DNA of 64,000 nt, taken from NCBI GenBank assembly GCA_918797485.1, contig CAKKNE010000002.1, positions 5,270,001-5,334,000 on the forward strand. Reading direction: 5' to 3'. Position numbers and translations under genes: made by a program. The first letter of the stretch is position 1. Each line of letters begins with the position of its first letter. The notes below the pieces were generated by a model. That model was not told the DNA's origin. It worked only from the letters and a program-made list of their open reading frames with translations, and did not search any database. This document shows, one piece after another, positions 43,401-52,311 of this stretch. Origin of the DNA: Pelagomonas calceolata (lineage: Eukaryota).

Positions 43401-46400
43401 CTGATGAGACTACGCCACCACCCACCCCGCTAGCTACACGTAAAAGAAGACGACGAGCGGCGGACCGCGGCGTGACCTCGAAAGACGTCCAGGTGTTTCT
43501 GGAGCGGCACTTTCCGTCCGTGTTGCAACGCCAGCAGGTGGCTCCATTTAGTCATCCTGGTTGTTCTGATTCTTGGTTACGAGCGCTAGCTTTGCCTAGA
43601 CGGCAATATTTCTCGTTTCGGAGAGAAGCACGAGTGCTAGGCAAGTTGCTGGAGCAGGACGGCCATAGTAAATATGGTGCGGTCTTCCGCGATTCGACCT
43701 TTGCGGGAGAGTTCTGCGAATCGCTCGGGAGTTTTCTCGCAAGGCAGCCCAAGGTGTCGTCCCTGGCGTTTGTCGCTTCCCTAGGCGGCCTGCCGGGTGC
43801 GGCCCTAGATGACTCTACGACGGTCGGGTTGTTCCACCAAAATCCCCAACCCAATGAATCAGCACAACGTACAACAGCTCTGGCTTATCTCGTGGGCGCT
43901 CTACCTTTGTCTGTTGAAAGTGTTACGCTGGATCGAGCTCTTGGTAGAGATGGTCTCCAAATCCTCGGGATATTGCTACGAACGGCGGAAGAGAGAAGAC
44001 GAGCAGCGTTGAGAGATAATAACATGTCCATCGCGGGCCCCGCGCCGTCCTTGTTAGCGGTACGGGGCCACGACCACCTGCAGCCGGATGATTTTGCGTC
44101 TTTGGCTTTGTACGTCGGGGCTTGCGTCAACGAATCCTCCACAAGATTACGGTGTCTCATAGCGTTGGACCTGCACGGCAACCGGCTGGGCGACGCTACT
44201 GCTGCAGCATTTGTCCGCGCGCTCGATCGCGACGATTCTCCCATACAAGCGCTAGATTTAGGTGCCAATTCGTTGGGCCCGGCCAAGGCCACGCTGGACG
44301 CCCTGATCGGGAAACAAGATGACGACCGGGACGTCCCGCCTAAAAGAGGCTGCGTCTTATGCCGAGGGACGCTGCGGACTTTGTCACTAGCGGCGAATTC
44401 ACTAGGTCCGCGGCCGGCGGCGCGCTTACTAAGAGCGTTGGGTGAACGATCTCCAGCACCTTCCTTGCGAAGCTTATCTCTCAAACATAGTTCGTTCGGC
44501 CCGCCCTGCGGGTTAGGCGCCCTGGCTTCACTAGCGACAGCACTGAAGCGCGTCGCGGCGAAAGGTGCGCTCGAGGATTTGGACCTAGATGGCTGCCGCC
44601 TCCAACCAGATGCCGCTCGGGAGATTCTGAGTGGACTTAGAGAACGCGCGGGCGACGACGCGTACGCCGAGGCCTCGGGCGAGCGTTTGAACGGCTTGAC
44701 CTTCGTGCGGCTGAGCGAGGGCAACCAGGTCCACCGCGAGGACGCGCTGGCCATCTCCAAAGAACTGAGAAGAGCGCGAGCCAGGTCCGCGGCGCGGTTT
44801 CCTGTGCAACCGGCACCCATACCCGAAAAAGAGAATCCGCCGCCGCCGCCACCACATGTACCGATGAAGTCGTCGCCCGCAATCGTGCGCTCGGAGGGAG
44901 ATCTAATACAGCGACGGGCCGCGTCGTGGACCGCAGGTTCTCCGAGAACAGTTCCATCGATCGAGTCTCCTCGGTCGACAGCAACGCCTCTCGTAGCTTG
45001 TCTCTTCGCCTCGCCCCTGGCCTGGCAGGACTCGCACGGCAAGCTCCATGGGATTGAGGGGCTAGATGGAGATGCCGAGCGCGAGGCCATTGCCAAAGCT
45101 CTGGAAGAGCGGCGCTCGAACGAGGACCAGCGGGAGCGGGTTATTGTTGATTTCAGAGCGGCGACGACGGAAGCCCTACAAGCTGCTCTCACGTCGGGCG
45201 TGCGCGTGCTGCATTACTCGGGCCACGGCCACCCGCAGTGCCTCACCTTCGAGGACGGGCGCGGGGGTTTGCAGCCCGTGCCGCCGCGGCGACTCGAAGC
45301 TCTGGTGCGACCGCGGCCGCCTGCTTTGGCGGTGGTGTGTGCTTGCCATTCGCTACGGGCGGCGCAAGCGCTGGTCGCCGCGGGCGTCAAGCACGTCGTC
45401 GCTGTCAGTCTAGATGAGCCTCTGCTGGACGCGGCCGCCGTGGCCTTCACTAGAGCGTTTTATCACGCTTTGTCAGTGGGCGATAGTGTACGGAGGGCCT
45501 TCGACGGCGGCGTGGAAGCAGTGGCCGCGTCCCCAAGAGTAGGACCTGACTGGGCCTCGAAGTTCGAATTACTCCCGGAGGACGGCGACCACACGGCCAA
45601 AGTATTGCCTCGTTCACTCATGAGACGGAAAGTGTTAGTACCAGCACCTCCCCCGGGACCACCACCCAGATGGCCTCCTAGAGCTACCTTATCTCAAAAT
45701 GCCCCGCGACCGCCCGAAGATTTCCTAGGGAGAGAGGTCGACGCATTTAAAGTACTAGACGCTTTACTGGCGAGGAGAAGGAGGTTCGTGTCATTAGTAG
45801 GGCCCGTCGGAGTGGGCAAGAGCGCCTTGGCCGCTTTTGTGGCGGAGTATGTGGACGCGAGAGCGTTGTTCCGGGCCGTCGTCTTCCTCAAGGTCGATTC
45901 AAACGCGTCGCGCGAATCCTTGGATGCATTATTAACGGCTTCACTACTGGACGCGTTCTTCGACGACGACGGCGAAGGCAAGACGCTACTCGTGTTGGAT
46001 GGCGGTGCGGACAATGGGGAAGTCAAGCGGTTCCTGGCCGCGGCACTGGACGCGCGCGATCGACTGGTGGTGCTCTCGACGCGGAAGGTCGGGTTGGATC
46101 GGCCCTCGGAGCACGAGGTGCCGCTCGGGCCCCTCGACTTATCGAATGCTGCTAGATTATTCGCGCGCCAGTGCCCGCGCTTGCACACGGCGTCTGATCG
46201 TCGTAGGTTCCACGCGCTCGTGACGTCGGCGGACCTGCAAGGTGCTCATAGCGTTATTCTGGACGCTTTGCTCGGCGGGCTGCCGGGCGCGATCGTCGCG
46301 GCGGCGTTCCGAGCGTCGCGGGAAGATCTTGAAGGATTGCTGGCGGTGGCGCGGGAGTCGGGGAGCGCCCACGTCGTCGCCGTCGGCGACCACCCGCTCC

Positions 46401-46426
46401 TCGCGGGGCACAACACGCCGCTCTGA
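40427..46426 (+). CDS. ARM repeat - LRR - CHAT (caspase-like) - NB-ARC/STAND NTPase protein (~1970 aa); exons 40427-40928 and 41016-46426
   Basis: ARM-like helices; RNI-type LRRs (LDLHGNRLGD, LDLGANSLGP, LSLAANSLGP); CHAT dyad LHYSGHG and VVCACHS; FLGRE, Walker A GPVGVGKS, LLVLDG, VLSTR, LGPL, GGLP. Confidence 0.8.
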   Translation: MATQEQQQNDEPVLETAEDTARVSNAVDLLMDLCAERTNNHDETALDVVAHVGAEVRAMAAKVAATIKSKAHASVAVEDLQALHARAMSALETAGIPSSMEKVVAKLQAAQEEEPAVAIVEEKPPVNDDDQSTSRGVAFLKDVEAMHSAPSGELREAATRRVSLTFSGTDLCGNQMSRRISRCRFLARDTLVDFHTGNDAPLRAAATRLGALGALAKAHEAAEQEGNTEVAISAARAAAALVPSEAEPLHLAALASPTLKMLRLVLEQSTDCTTSTHQVAVAIAHLTVLLQQGWTEDKAQPRVLEALVAATCDAARACSHGLGECCDSETAAVTAFAVSNLAALSGARVELVRQGAISVLANWLEARPLSELHRHASSAAQQLAGAGDEGKAGPSGYLEMRDEDVFARGWLDAKLTDASLGLLKALSGLTQDDSAVAAVRKQTITALSELSKRPPNRRAVVEAGGSYALLHSLRRCVSDLSAPARRHEAADLACRACTALAAIALEPSPSGDRVSADLVDGDVLTPVVACLALAAPRSPLRLAAARLAARVSEDDLDAKRSLAFFQGGGLGDMEIQPVDALLVLGGGLDHSDDGGSIQKPQTPRWGRGRSESVPQEHEPGAFRRPDAREAAHVAYALANLAARPDPASKLLWERGALPVLLQLHRSPRAPLRARAMRALASLAAPLVAHPARDQDRDVDDHASAAAAVTVAKAALATLRDEDTSNDTETQAFRKEATYEAARCVKNLAFAAPLRAALVAGSLKRLLAVAVGGCAEPRLKALAEATLVALGLEGGAADLELCGNDARLLEEWVEMRASLEAQRGLEQDYGRALKDAWSPGEDLSDDGSDEEPTSEKPAPLDVFAGKLREVLLNPHGAALKLAELKAGGLFRCTSVDPYDERVVSEPQRPRSPISKPSPLAPTALVARLSSAPGTPLPSTPLAQEGQNSEKLFRHVRSTSSASNTVEDEEESFVTAATRLPRWWASERRARQSSDETTPPPTPLATRKRRRRAADRGVTSKDVQVFLERHFPSVLQRQQVAPFSHPGCSDSWLRALALPRRQYFSFRREARVLGKLLEQDGHSKYGAVFRDSTFAGEFCESLGSFLARQPKVSSLAFVASLGGLPGAALDDSTTVGLFHQNPQPNESAQRTTALAYLVGALPLSVESVTLDRALGRDGLQILGILLRTAEERRRAALRDNNMSIAGPAPSLLAVRGHDHLQPDDFASLALYVGACVNESSTRLRCLIALDLHGNRLGDATAAAFVRALDRDDSPIQALDLGANSLGPAKATLDALIGKQDDDRDVPPKRGCVLCRGTLRTLSLAANSLGPRPAARLLRALGERSPAPSLRSLSLKHSSFGPPCGLGALASLATALKRVAAKGALEDLDLDGCRLQPDAAREILSGLRERAGDDAYAEASGERLNGLTFVRLSEGNQVHREDALAISKELRRARARSAARFPVQPAPIPEKENPPPPPPHVPMKSSPAIVRSEGDLIQRRAASWTAGSPRTVPSIESPRSTATPLVACLFASPLAWQDSHGKLHGIEGLDGDAEREAIAKALEERRSNEDQRERVIVDFRAATTEALQAALTSGVRVLHYSGHGHPQCLTFEDGRGGLQPVPPRRLEALVRPRPPALAVVCACHSLRAAQALVAAGVKHVVAVSLDEPLLDAAAVAFTRAFYHALSVGDSVRRAFDGGVEAVAASPRVGPDWASKFELLPEDGDHTAKVLPRSLMRRKVLVPAPPPGPPPRWPPRATLSQNAPRPPEDFLGREVDAFKVLDALLARRRRFVSLVGPVGVGKSALAAFVAEYVDARALFRAVVFLKVDSNASRESLDALLTASLLDAFFDDDGEGKTLLVLDGGADNGEVKRFLAAALDARDRLVVLSTRKVGLDRPSEHEVPLGPLDLSNAARLFARQCPRLHTASDRRRFHALVTSADLQGAHSVILDALLGGLPGAIVAAAFRASREDLEGLLAVARESGSAHVVAVGDHPLLAGHNTPL
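40929..41023 (+). mobile_element. Introner element 2: intron 40929-41015 (GT-AG, 87 bp, in frame), element 40937-41015
   Basis: Perfect 15-bp TIR CTGTGTGGAAATCAA/TTGATTTCCACACAG; TSD GTACTGAC/GTAATGAT (6/8). Confidence 0.85.
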
Positions 46427-46445
46427 TTGTATCTGTGACACATAA

Positions 46446-47208
46446 CTATGACTTGAACTTACGGTAGTCCTCTAGCGTCATGTACGCGCGATCGAGCTCA
46501 CCGAGTGCCTCTAGCGTGTCCGGATGGGATGGACCCATGACGCGTCGCAGCGTGCATAATACGTCCTCGAAAATCGCCACTGCCTCTAAAACCTCAGCGC
46601 GGGACGCTCCGGCGGGCCTGTAGAGGGCCTTCGCGTATTCCAGTCGGAACTTCCGCCCATAAAGTAGGAGCGGCGGGACGAATGATTTAACCTGGTCGTA
46701 ACGCCCTAACTCATTCAAAGTGTACGCAAGCTGGTGAGCGGCAATTAATGTTGTTGGATAAGTTGCGCCCATCAGGACTTTGTTTCTGGCGTAAACGAGG
46801 CGGAAGAGTCTCGCCGCTTCCTCCAAACGCCCAGACAGTAGATAGCAACGAGCCAAGTTGTGCTTCAAGTCTAGCGCGCTGCCTTCATCATCAGGAAAGA
46901 CGCGGAGCAGTGTAGATAACTGCGTCTCAATGATAGCGATTCGCTCCTCGTGCTTATTCACTGCACCTAGCCCATTCGCAAGCTCCGTTATCGCGGCAAA
47001 ACGAGTCTGAGACCAGTCCCACTCCGGCCGGCCCACGTACGTTTTCCAGCACGCCCACCCGAGCGCGCACTTCACGACACCGTGGTATTCATGCTCGCAC
47101 AAGAAGCATACGTGCCACCGCTGAAACCTCGCATTGATCTCATTCATGCCCAAATTATTCTCCTCGGCCTCCGCGTACAAAATCTTTGCCTGCTCCGCCA
47201 AACACGAC
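46446..47208 (-). pseudogene. 5'-truncated RING-CH/TPR family paralog
   Basis: Starts abruptly at SCLAEQAKIL, homologous to the middle of the 60804-62126 gene; MYND and the first half of the RING are missing. Confidence 0.65.
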
Positions 47209-47390
47209 AGGACGGCGACGCCACGCTCAACGATCTGCGCGAGGCCGTGACGACGCTCGAGGACACGGAACGGACCGCGCGGCGCGTACTGGGCGCCGCG
47301 CATCCGCTCGCAGCGAGGATTGAGCACCACTTGCGAGCCGCGCGAGCCGCGCTCCGCGCCCGCGAAACGCCGCCGCCGGGGAGTGGGTGA
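47209..47390 (+). pseudogene. C-terminal fragment of a second RING-CH/TPR paralog, opposite strand
   Basis: DGDATLNDLREAVTTLEDTERTARRVLGAAHP matches DDGATLDELREAVATLEATERTARRVLGGAHP at ~61960-62060. Confidence 0.7.
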
Positions 47391-47425
47391 GTGGGTAAAA
47401 CACAACTATGACTTATTGATAAAAA

Positions 47426-50400
47426 CTAGGTCGCCGCCGGCGGGCGCAACTCATCAAACACCGCGCTCATCGTGAAGCGCCGCCAGGCGGGCACGTCCGT
47501 CGCGTTCGGGTTCCGCGAGCACTTGAGCATATGGGCGTCGGCGACGGCCTCAATAGCAAAAGACTTGTAGCAGTGGTCGCAGATGTAATTTTTTTCGGGG
47601 CGCTTCGAGCCGGCGACGAACGCTTGTAAAGTTGCGACGCGGACCGATTGCGTCGCGCCGACGCGGTGCGCGCGCGACACGACTTGTTCCAGGAGAGCGG
47701 AGTCGCGGATCGGCTCGAGCAGGACCACGTGCGTCAGGAACGACAAGTCGAGGCCGTGCGACGCCTGGCGCGTCAAACATAGGATCGGCACGTCCTCCCT
47801 TTCAACAAGCACTTTTTGCGCCTCTAATTTGGGTCCCCGGTACCACCTAGGCCCGTGCCACTGGCCGCAGCGCGCCCACTTGAGCAAGCGCACGCGCACC
47901 GCGCCCTCAACAATGGAATGGGGCGGCCGCAGCGGCCCGAGGAACCAGTCCGCACTTTCGAATTGTTCCCGTGCCGCCCGCTCAACACACGCGCGGCAGC
48001 CCCAGTCCCGCCAGGTCTCCGCATCTTTACGAGGTGCAAAACTGCCATCGTCCAACGTAATGAGCAGTTCATCCCCGACGGTCCAGGCCCGCCAATCATC
48101 AGCATAGACTTGGGGGGACGCCGTCGGCGTCTGCGTCGCAACTAAACCTACGATCCGTTCCGGCTCAATTAACAACCGCCGGCCACAGTTAATACGCTCC
48201 GCTTCTGGTAAATTGGCGTGCAACGCGTCGCCCCGCCTCCGCGCCAGTTCGTCGTCGTCGAGCAGTAGAACCTCCAGTAAAGCGTGATGACACGATTTCC
48301 GGTCGACGTCATTTTCCCTCCAGCACCGCGGGCACTTGCGCACTTCTCTCCGATCGGTCTGGAACCGCACGAGCTCGCGCGCCGACGCCTGGTGGCCCAA
48401 GCGCTGGACGTCGAATTCGGCGATGCCGCCATGTAGTCTAGCATACAACGCCTCCGCGACGGACGCCAGATCCCCATCCCGCTGGGAAAAGACGGCGATC
48501 TTCGGCCTCCTGTGATTTGCTTTGGTACGACAAACAAAGTCCGCGAGGGCCTCGTCGACGCGCCACTGGTAGGAGTCGTCGTCCGGCGTCTCGCCCGGTC
48601 GTAAGGCTACTTCGACCTCGTAGTTCTCGTAGACCGGTGATGGTAGCTTCAAATCAGTTTTTCTATGTCGTACGGTGACTGTCCTTAACAAAGCTACTAG
48701 TGTCGCTCTGGCAGATTCAGACTGCTGGTCACAGAACGGCGCCATCACTTCGGACTCAAAAAGAGCCTTCCTCCTCTCGGAGTCGTCGGCCGCGTCTTCT
48801 CGTGTATCTAATCTAGGATCCGCGTCCAAGCCGTACCTCGGATGTCTCAGCCACTTGAGCAACTTTTGGAGCTGATACAAATGCGACCTCACGATAGCGG
48901 GATCGTCCACATCACCTGTTGTTGGTGTTCCCGAGACCACCCACCGTCGCTCCGCAAATAACTCGGCGATGAACGACGACGTTGCCTGTTCTAGGTCGCC
49001 GTCGCCGCCTACGAGCTCGTGGCCCTCGTCGACGACTAGTCTCAACCACCTCAACTGTAAGAGTGGAGAGGACTCGGCGTCCTGCGCGTTTCCGTGCCTG
49101 TAGATTCGTCTTTCAGCAGCCCGCCGAAAGTCCTGGTCCTGGCGAGCCGCGTCGCGACACACAGAGAACGGCACTACTACTATTAAAAAGCGTCTCAAGT
49201 CCGAAGCTGACGGTAAGCGAGGATGCCTTTCTCTAGAACCTCGCTGGAAGTCGGGGTGCCACCGCGACGCACAACCCCACCCATAGACGAAGCAGCACCC
49301 GTCGCCGCTCCGACCGTCGCCGAACGACGGCGCCAGCCTCCTCAAGTCCACATGCCTTCCAATCTGCGCGCGCCAGTGTTCTAGGAGAGCGTCCGGTACG
49401 ACTATCAGAGTGCCGCCCGTCGGCTTGAGGGCCCGTTCGGCCAGGGCTCGTTTCCCTTCGCCGCCTAACAAAGCTGATCTTCTTTTACCGTCTAACCTGC
49501 ACCTTGTGAGAGCCATGGCATGCGCAAAATCCAGCTTGATGTCGTCGCGTATCGCGGGCGTCGCGTAGCGCAGTCGCGACGCGCCTCTTCTGACATGCGC
49601 TTCGAGCGCTGACACACTCTGGAAGGGGAAGGGCGGTAATGAGGAATGCAGTAGTTGATCAGCCTCATTGTAAGGTAACGACTTCCGCTGCCACGTGTCT
49701 CTATAAGATATGACCGACCGCAGGCCCCGCAAACACTCCCTCCTTAGCTCCGACTCGCTCTTGATCAGAGCCGCGAAGGACTCGTCGATAGTTGTAGAAT
49801 CCCAGAAGGCCTCCGGCGACGACGGGAGCTCTCCACTTGTTTGTAGGATGAGAGCTAGGACCGTCACGGTCTTGCCCAGACCAGGCGCGTCGGCCAGCAC
49901 GCCTCCCCTCAATTTGCCGAACTGCCGCGTATGCGTCTCTAACAACCGCATCGCTCGTAGCGACGCTAATTGGTGCTTGAAGAGGCCGCCCACAATCTTC
50001 CCGCGAAATAACCCGGGGAAATGCGGCCACGGCGCGCTCGGCTGCGTCTGCACCAAGCCGCGCGCGAAGGTGTAGTCGACCCTCTGTAATTCAGTATGGA
50101 TGGTCTTGGACGCGCAGGGGACGGCCCTTAACTCGTGCGGCGCGAGGAATTTCGACGCTTGGTTATCCAAGCACGCGCGGCCCTTGCAGAAGGCGAGGAG
50201 GAGCGTTTTGCCTCCATGTTCCGTCGTGGCGACGCGGCGCGACCGGCGCCAGCGCAGCGGCTTCGGGACGCGGACGACGAGCGGTGCTGCCGGCGGCGGC
50301 GTGACGCTCTGCTGCGCGGGCGCGTGGAGCAGCTCGCGTTTTTTGGCTTCGTATTCCTGCTGGTCGAGGACGCCATCATCAAAAAGCGCTTTGGTGGCGC

Positions 50401-50428
50401 GCAAGGCTGCGACGCGGGCTGGCTCCAT
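47426..50428 (-). CDS. SNF2-family helicase-like ATPase with N-terminal SHOCT-like motif and C-terminal zinc finger
   Basis: GGVLADAPGLGKT, TLIVVP, LVVDEGH, RWVVSGTP, SHGLDL, QVVSRAHRVG; L...KALFDDGVLDQQEYEAKKRELL; CDHC...H...C. Confidence 0.85.
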   Translation of the reverse strand: MEPARVAALRATKALFDDGVLDQQEYEAKKRELLHAPAQQSVTPPPAAPLVVRVPKPLRWRRSRRVATTEHGGKTLLLAFCKGRACLDNQASKFLAPHELRAVPCASKTIHTELQRVDYTFARGLVQTQPSAPWPHFPGLFRGKIVGGLFKHQLASLRAMRLLETHTRQFGKLRGGVLADAPGLGKTVTVLALILQTSGELPSSPEAFWDSTTIDESFAALIKSESELRRECLRGLRSVISYRDTWQRKSLPYNEADQLLHSSLPPFPFQSVSALEAHVRRGASRLRYATPAIRDDIKLDFAHAMALTRCRLDGKRRSALLGGEGKRALAERALKPTGGTLIVVPDALLEHWRAQIGRHVDLRRLAPSFGDGRSGDGCCFVYGWGCASRWHPDFQRGSRERHPRLPSASDLRRFLIVVVPFSVCRDAARQDQDFRRAAERRIYRHGNAQDAESSPLLQLRWLRLVVDEGHELVGGDGDLEQATSSFIAELFAERRWVVSGTPTTGDVDDPAIVRSHLYQLQKLLKWLRHPRYGLDADPRLDTREDAADDSERRKALFESEVMAPFCDQQSESARATLVALLRTVTVRHRKTDLKLPSPVYENYEVEVALRPGETPDDDSYQWRVDEALADFVCRTKANHRRPKIAVFSQRDGDLASVAEALYARLHGGIAEFDVQRLGHQASARELVRFQTDRREVRKCPRCWRENDVDRKSCHHALLEVLLLDDDELARRRGDALHANLPEAERINCGRRLLIEPERIVGLVATQTPTASPQVYADDWRAWTVGDELLITLDDGSFAPRKDAETWRDWGCRACVERAAREQFESADWFLGPLRPPHSIVEGAVRVRLLKWARCGQWHGPRWYRGPKLEAQKVLVEREDVPILCLTRQASHGLDLSFLTHVVLLEPIRDSALLEQVVSRAHRVGATQSVRVATLQAFVAGSKRPEKNYICDHCYKSFAIEAVADAHMLKCSRNPNATDVPAWRRFTMSAVFDELRPPAAT

Positions 50429-50608
50429 TGTAGTGTTCAGCCGTGTGCCAGTGGCAGAGTCAAAACAGGCTGTGGCGCCTCTCGGCGGGCACGGTAAGGG
50501 TTGATTGTCGCAGGCAAAACGTGCAGAGTGCTCGTGCCGATGGTTGCTTATGCTATCGAGCACGCGTAGCCGCGGTTTTGTGGCTTTTTGTCCGGCTTTG
50601 CCTCCTTG

Positions 50609-50630
50609 CTAGTGTCTTACGCGACGCTAG
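50609..50630 (-). promoter_or_regulatory. CTAG-bounded upstream motif (CTAGCGTCGCGTAAGACACTAG on minus)
   Basis: Recurrent motif, about 180 bp from both divergent ATGs (50428 and 50810). Confidence 0.6.
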
Positions 50631-50809
50631 CCATCGACAAGCGCCACAGCCAAAAAACACAGTGCTTGAGCCGCGCGACGATTGATTGCAACCATCAAAC
50701 ATCCGACAGCCATCCAGCAACTGCACACGGTTCATCTTCAGACGCAGCAAGCAGTCCAAACAACTACTTTGCGACCACCACCAAAACCTCTGCACCTCAT
50801 CCCTAGCGC

Positions 50810-51100
50810 ATGGCTGACCTCGCAAAACCGGAGTACGTCTCCTGCACCGAGACGAGCGTGACGATCAGCACGGCTGGCGGGGAGGGCGTCACCGTCGAGT
50901 ACAAGGAGTACCCCGAGGACTGGAGCGACGCGAAGAGCGTTGCGGCAGCCGCCGAGTGCACCGTCGAAGAGCTGAACCCCGGCTCGACGTACCAGTTCCG
51001 GCTGGCGCAGGGCGAGGCGCGCGGTCCCGAGCTCGTCGTCGACACTGCTGCACCCAACTGCACGCCGGGGCCGTCAAAGGCGTGCTGCGTGGTCGCGTGA
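50810..51100 (+). CDS. Small fibronectin type III protein with C-terminal CaaX (CCVVA)
   Basis: TETSVTI, VEYK....W, TVEELNPGSTYQFRL FN3 pattern; prenylation-type end. Confidence 0.75.
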   Translation: MADLAKPEYVSCTETSVTISTAGGEGVTVEYKEYPEDWSDAKSVAAAAECTVEELNPGSTYQFRLAQGEARGPELVVDTAAPNCTPGPSKACCVVA

Positions 51101-52305
51101 TGCGCCCCGCCGAGCCCACGGCCGGAAGCAGACCCAGGTGGCGCGTCGTCTTTGCCGCGTTCGCCGCGACCGCGCACGGGCCCGGCGTGCATTATATATA
51201 TGGCGTGTTCCAGGCGGCCTTGCTGGACGCGAGATTTTCATCTTCGCGCGCGTTACTGGGCGGCGCCGGCGGCCTCAGCACGTGTTTGATGCTCCTCGGC
51301 GCCCGGCCGGCCGGCACGCTGCAGGCCGCGCACGGCGCGGGGTTCGTCGTCGGCGGCGGCGCGGCGGTCGCCGTCGTCGGCTTGCTCCTTTCAGCAGCGG
51401 CGACGGAGCTCTGGATGCTCTACGTCGGCTTCGGCGTGCTGGTCGGCGTGGGACACGCGCTGCAATTCGCGCCGTGCCCCGTGGCCGTGGCGGAAGCCTT
51501 CGACGGCTCCGACCGGGCGGCGGTCGCCTCGGGCGTCGCCACGTCGGGCGCCGGCGCGGGGACCGCGGCTCTAGGGGCCACCGTGGCGGCCGTGGTCGTC
51601 TGGCGCAACTGGCGCGTCGCCTTCGTCGTCGTCGCCGCGTCGACCGTGCTCTTCCTCGCACCGGCCGCGGCCGTGTTCAGACACGCGGACCGATGGCGGC
51701 GCGAGGTTGACAAGGTCACGTCGCTAAAAATGTCGCGGCGTCTGAAGCACCTCTGCGCAACTGCGTTTTGCTACGCCTTCGGCTGGGAGGTGCCCTTCGT
51801 CCACCTCGTGTCGTACGCGGAGGACGCCGGCCACGCGCCGTCGCGGGCGGCGGGCGTCGTCGTCGCCGTCGGGGTGGGGGGCTCCGCCGGTCGCATCTTG
51901 AGCGCGCGCTGCGCGGATGCGGTCGGCGTCCAAGCGGTCTTCGCTGTACTCATTTTCGTGACGGCGCTAGTCGATGTCGTGCTGCCGTGGGTCATTGAAT
52001 ACGCGAGCGCTCTTTATGTATACGGATTTGTGGTGGGTACTACCGCGGGAGGAATAATCGCCCTCACAACGCCAATGGCGCGTACTTGTCTCACAGATAC
52101 ATCAGGGCTGCCGCAAGCCTCCGGCGCCGTCTACTCGTCGATGGCGGCTGGCGTGGTCGCGGGACCGGTGCTCGTTGGCCTTGTTCGCGATCAAATAGGC
52201 TCATATGCCTGGGGTTTTCGCGGCGCGGCCTTTTGTTGGGCCGTCGCGTTCGCGCTCTGCTTGACGTTGCCGCGGCCGCCGGCCCGCCCGGCAGCTAGGA
52301 TTTAA
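51100..52305 (+). CDS. MFS transporter, monocarboxylate (MCT/SLC16)-like
   Basis: W.VVFAAF TM1, about 12 hydrophobic helices, A.G.A.SG.G.G, GRI; ATG overlaps the upstream TGA. Confidence 0.85.
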   Translation: MRPAEPTAGSRPRWRVVFAAFAATAHGPGVHYIYGVFQAALLDARFSSSRALLGGAGGLSTCLMLLGARPAGTLQAAHGAGFVVGGGAAVAVVGLLLSAAATELWMLYVGFGVLVGVGHALQFAPCPVAVAEAFDGSDRAAVASGVATSGAGAGTAALGATVAAVVVWRNWRVAFVVVAASTVLFLAPAAAVFRHADRWRREVDKVTSLKMSRRLKHLCATAFCYAFGWEVPFVHLVSYAEDAGHAPSRAAGVVVAVGVGGSAGRILSARCADAVGVQAVFAVLIFVTALVDVVLPWVIEYASALYVYGFVVGTTAGGIIALTTPMARTCLTDTSGLPQASGAVYSSMAAGVVAGPVLVGLVRDQIGSYAWGFRGAAFCWAVAFALCLTLPRPPARPAARI

Positions 52306-52311
52306 TTAGGA

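Noticed and set aside
46446..47405. Intact 319-aa gene as listed in the ORF track
   Set aside because: It has no ATG start, and its first ~65 codons are the antisense of another paralog's C-terminus.
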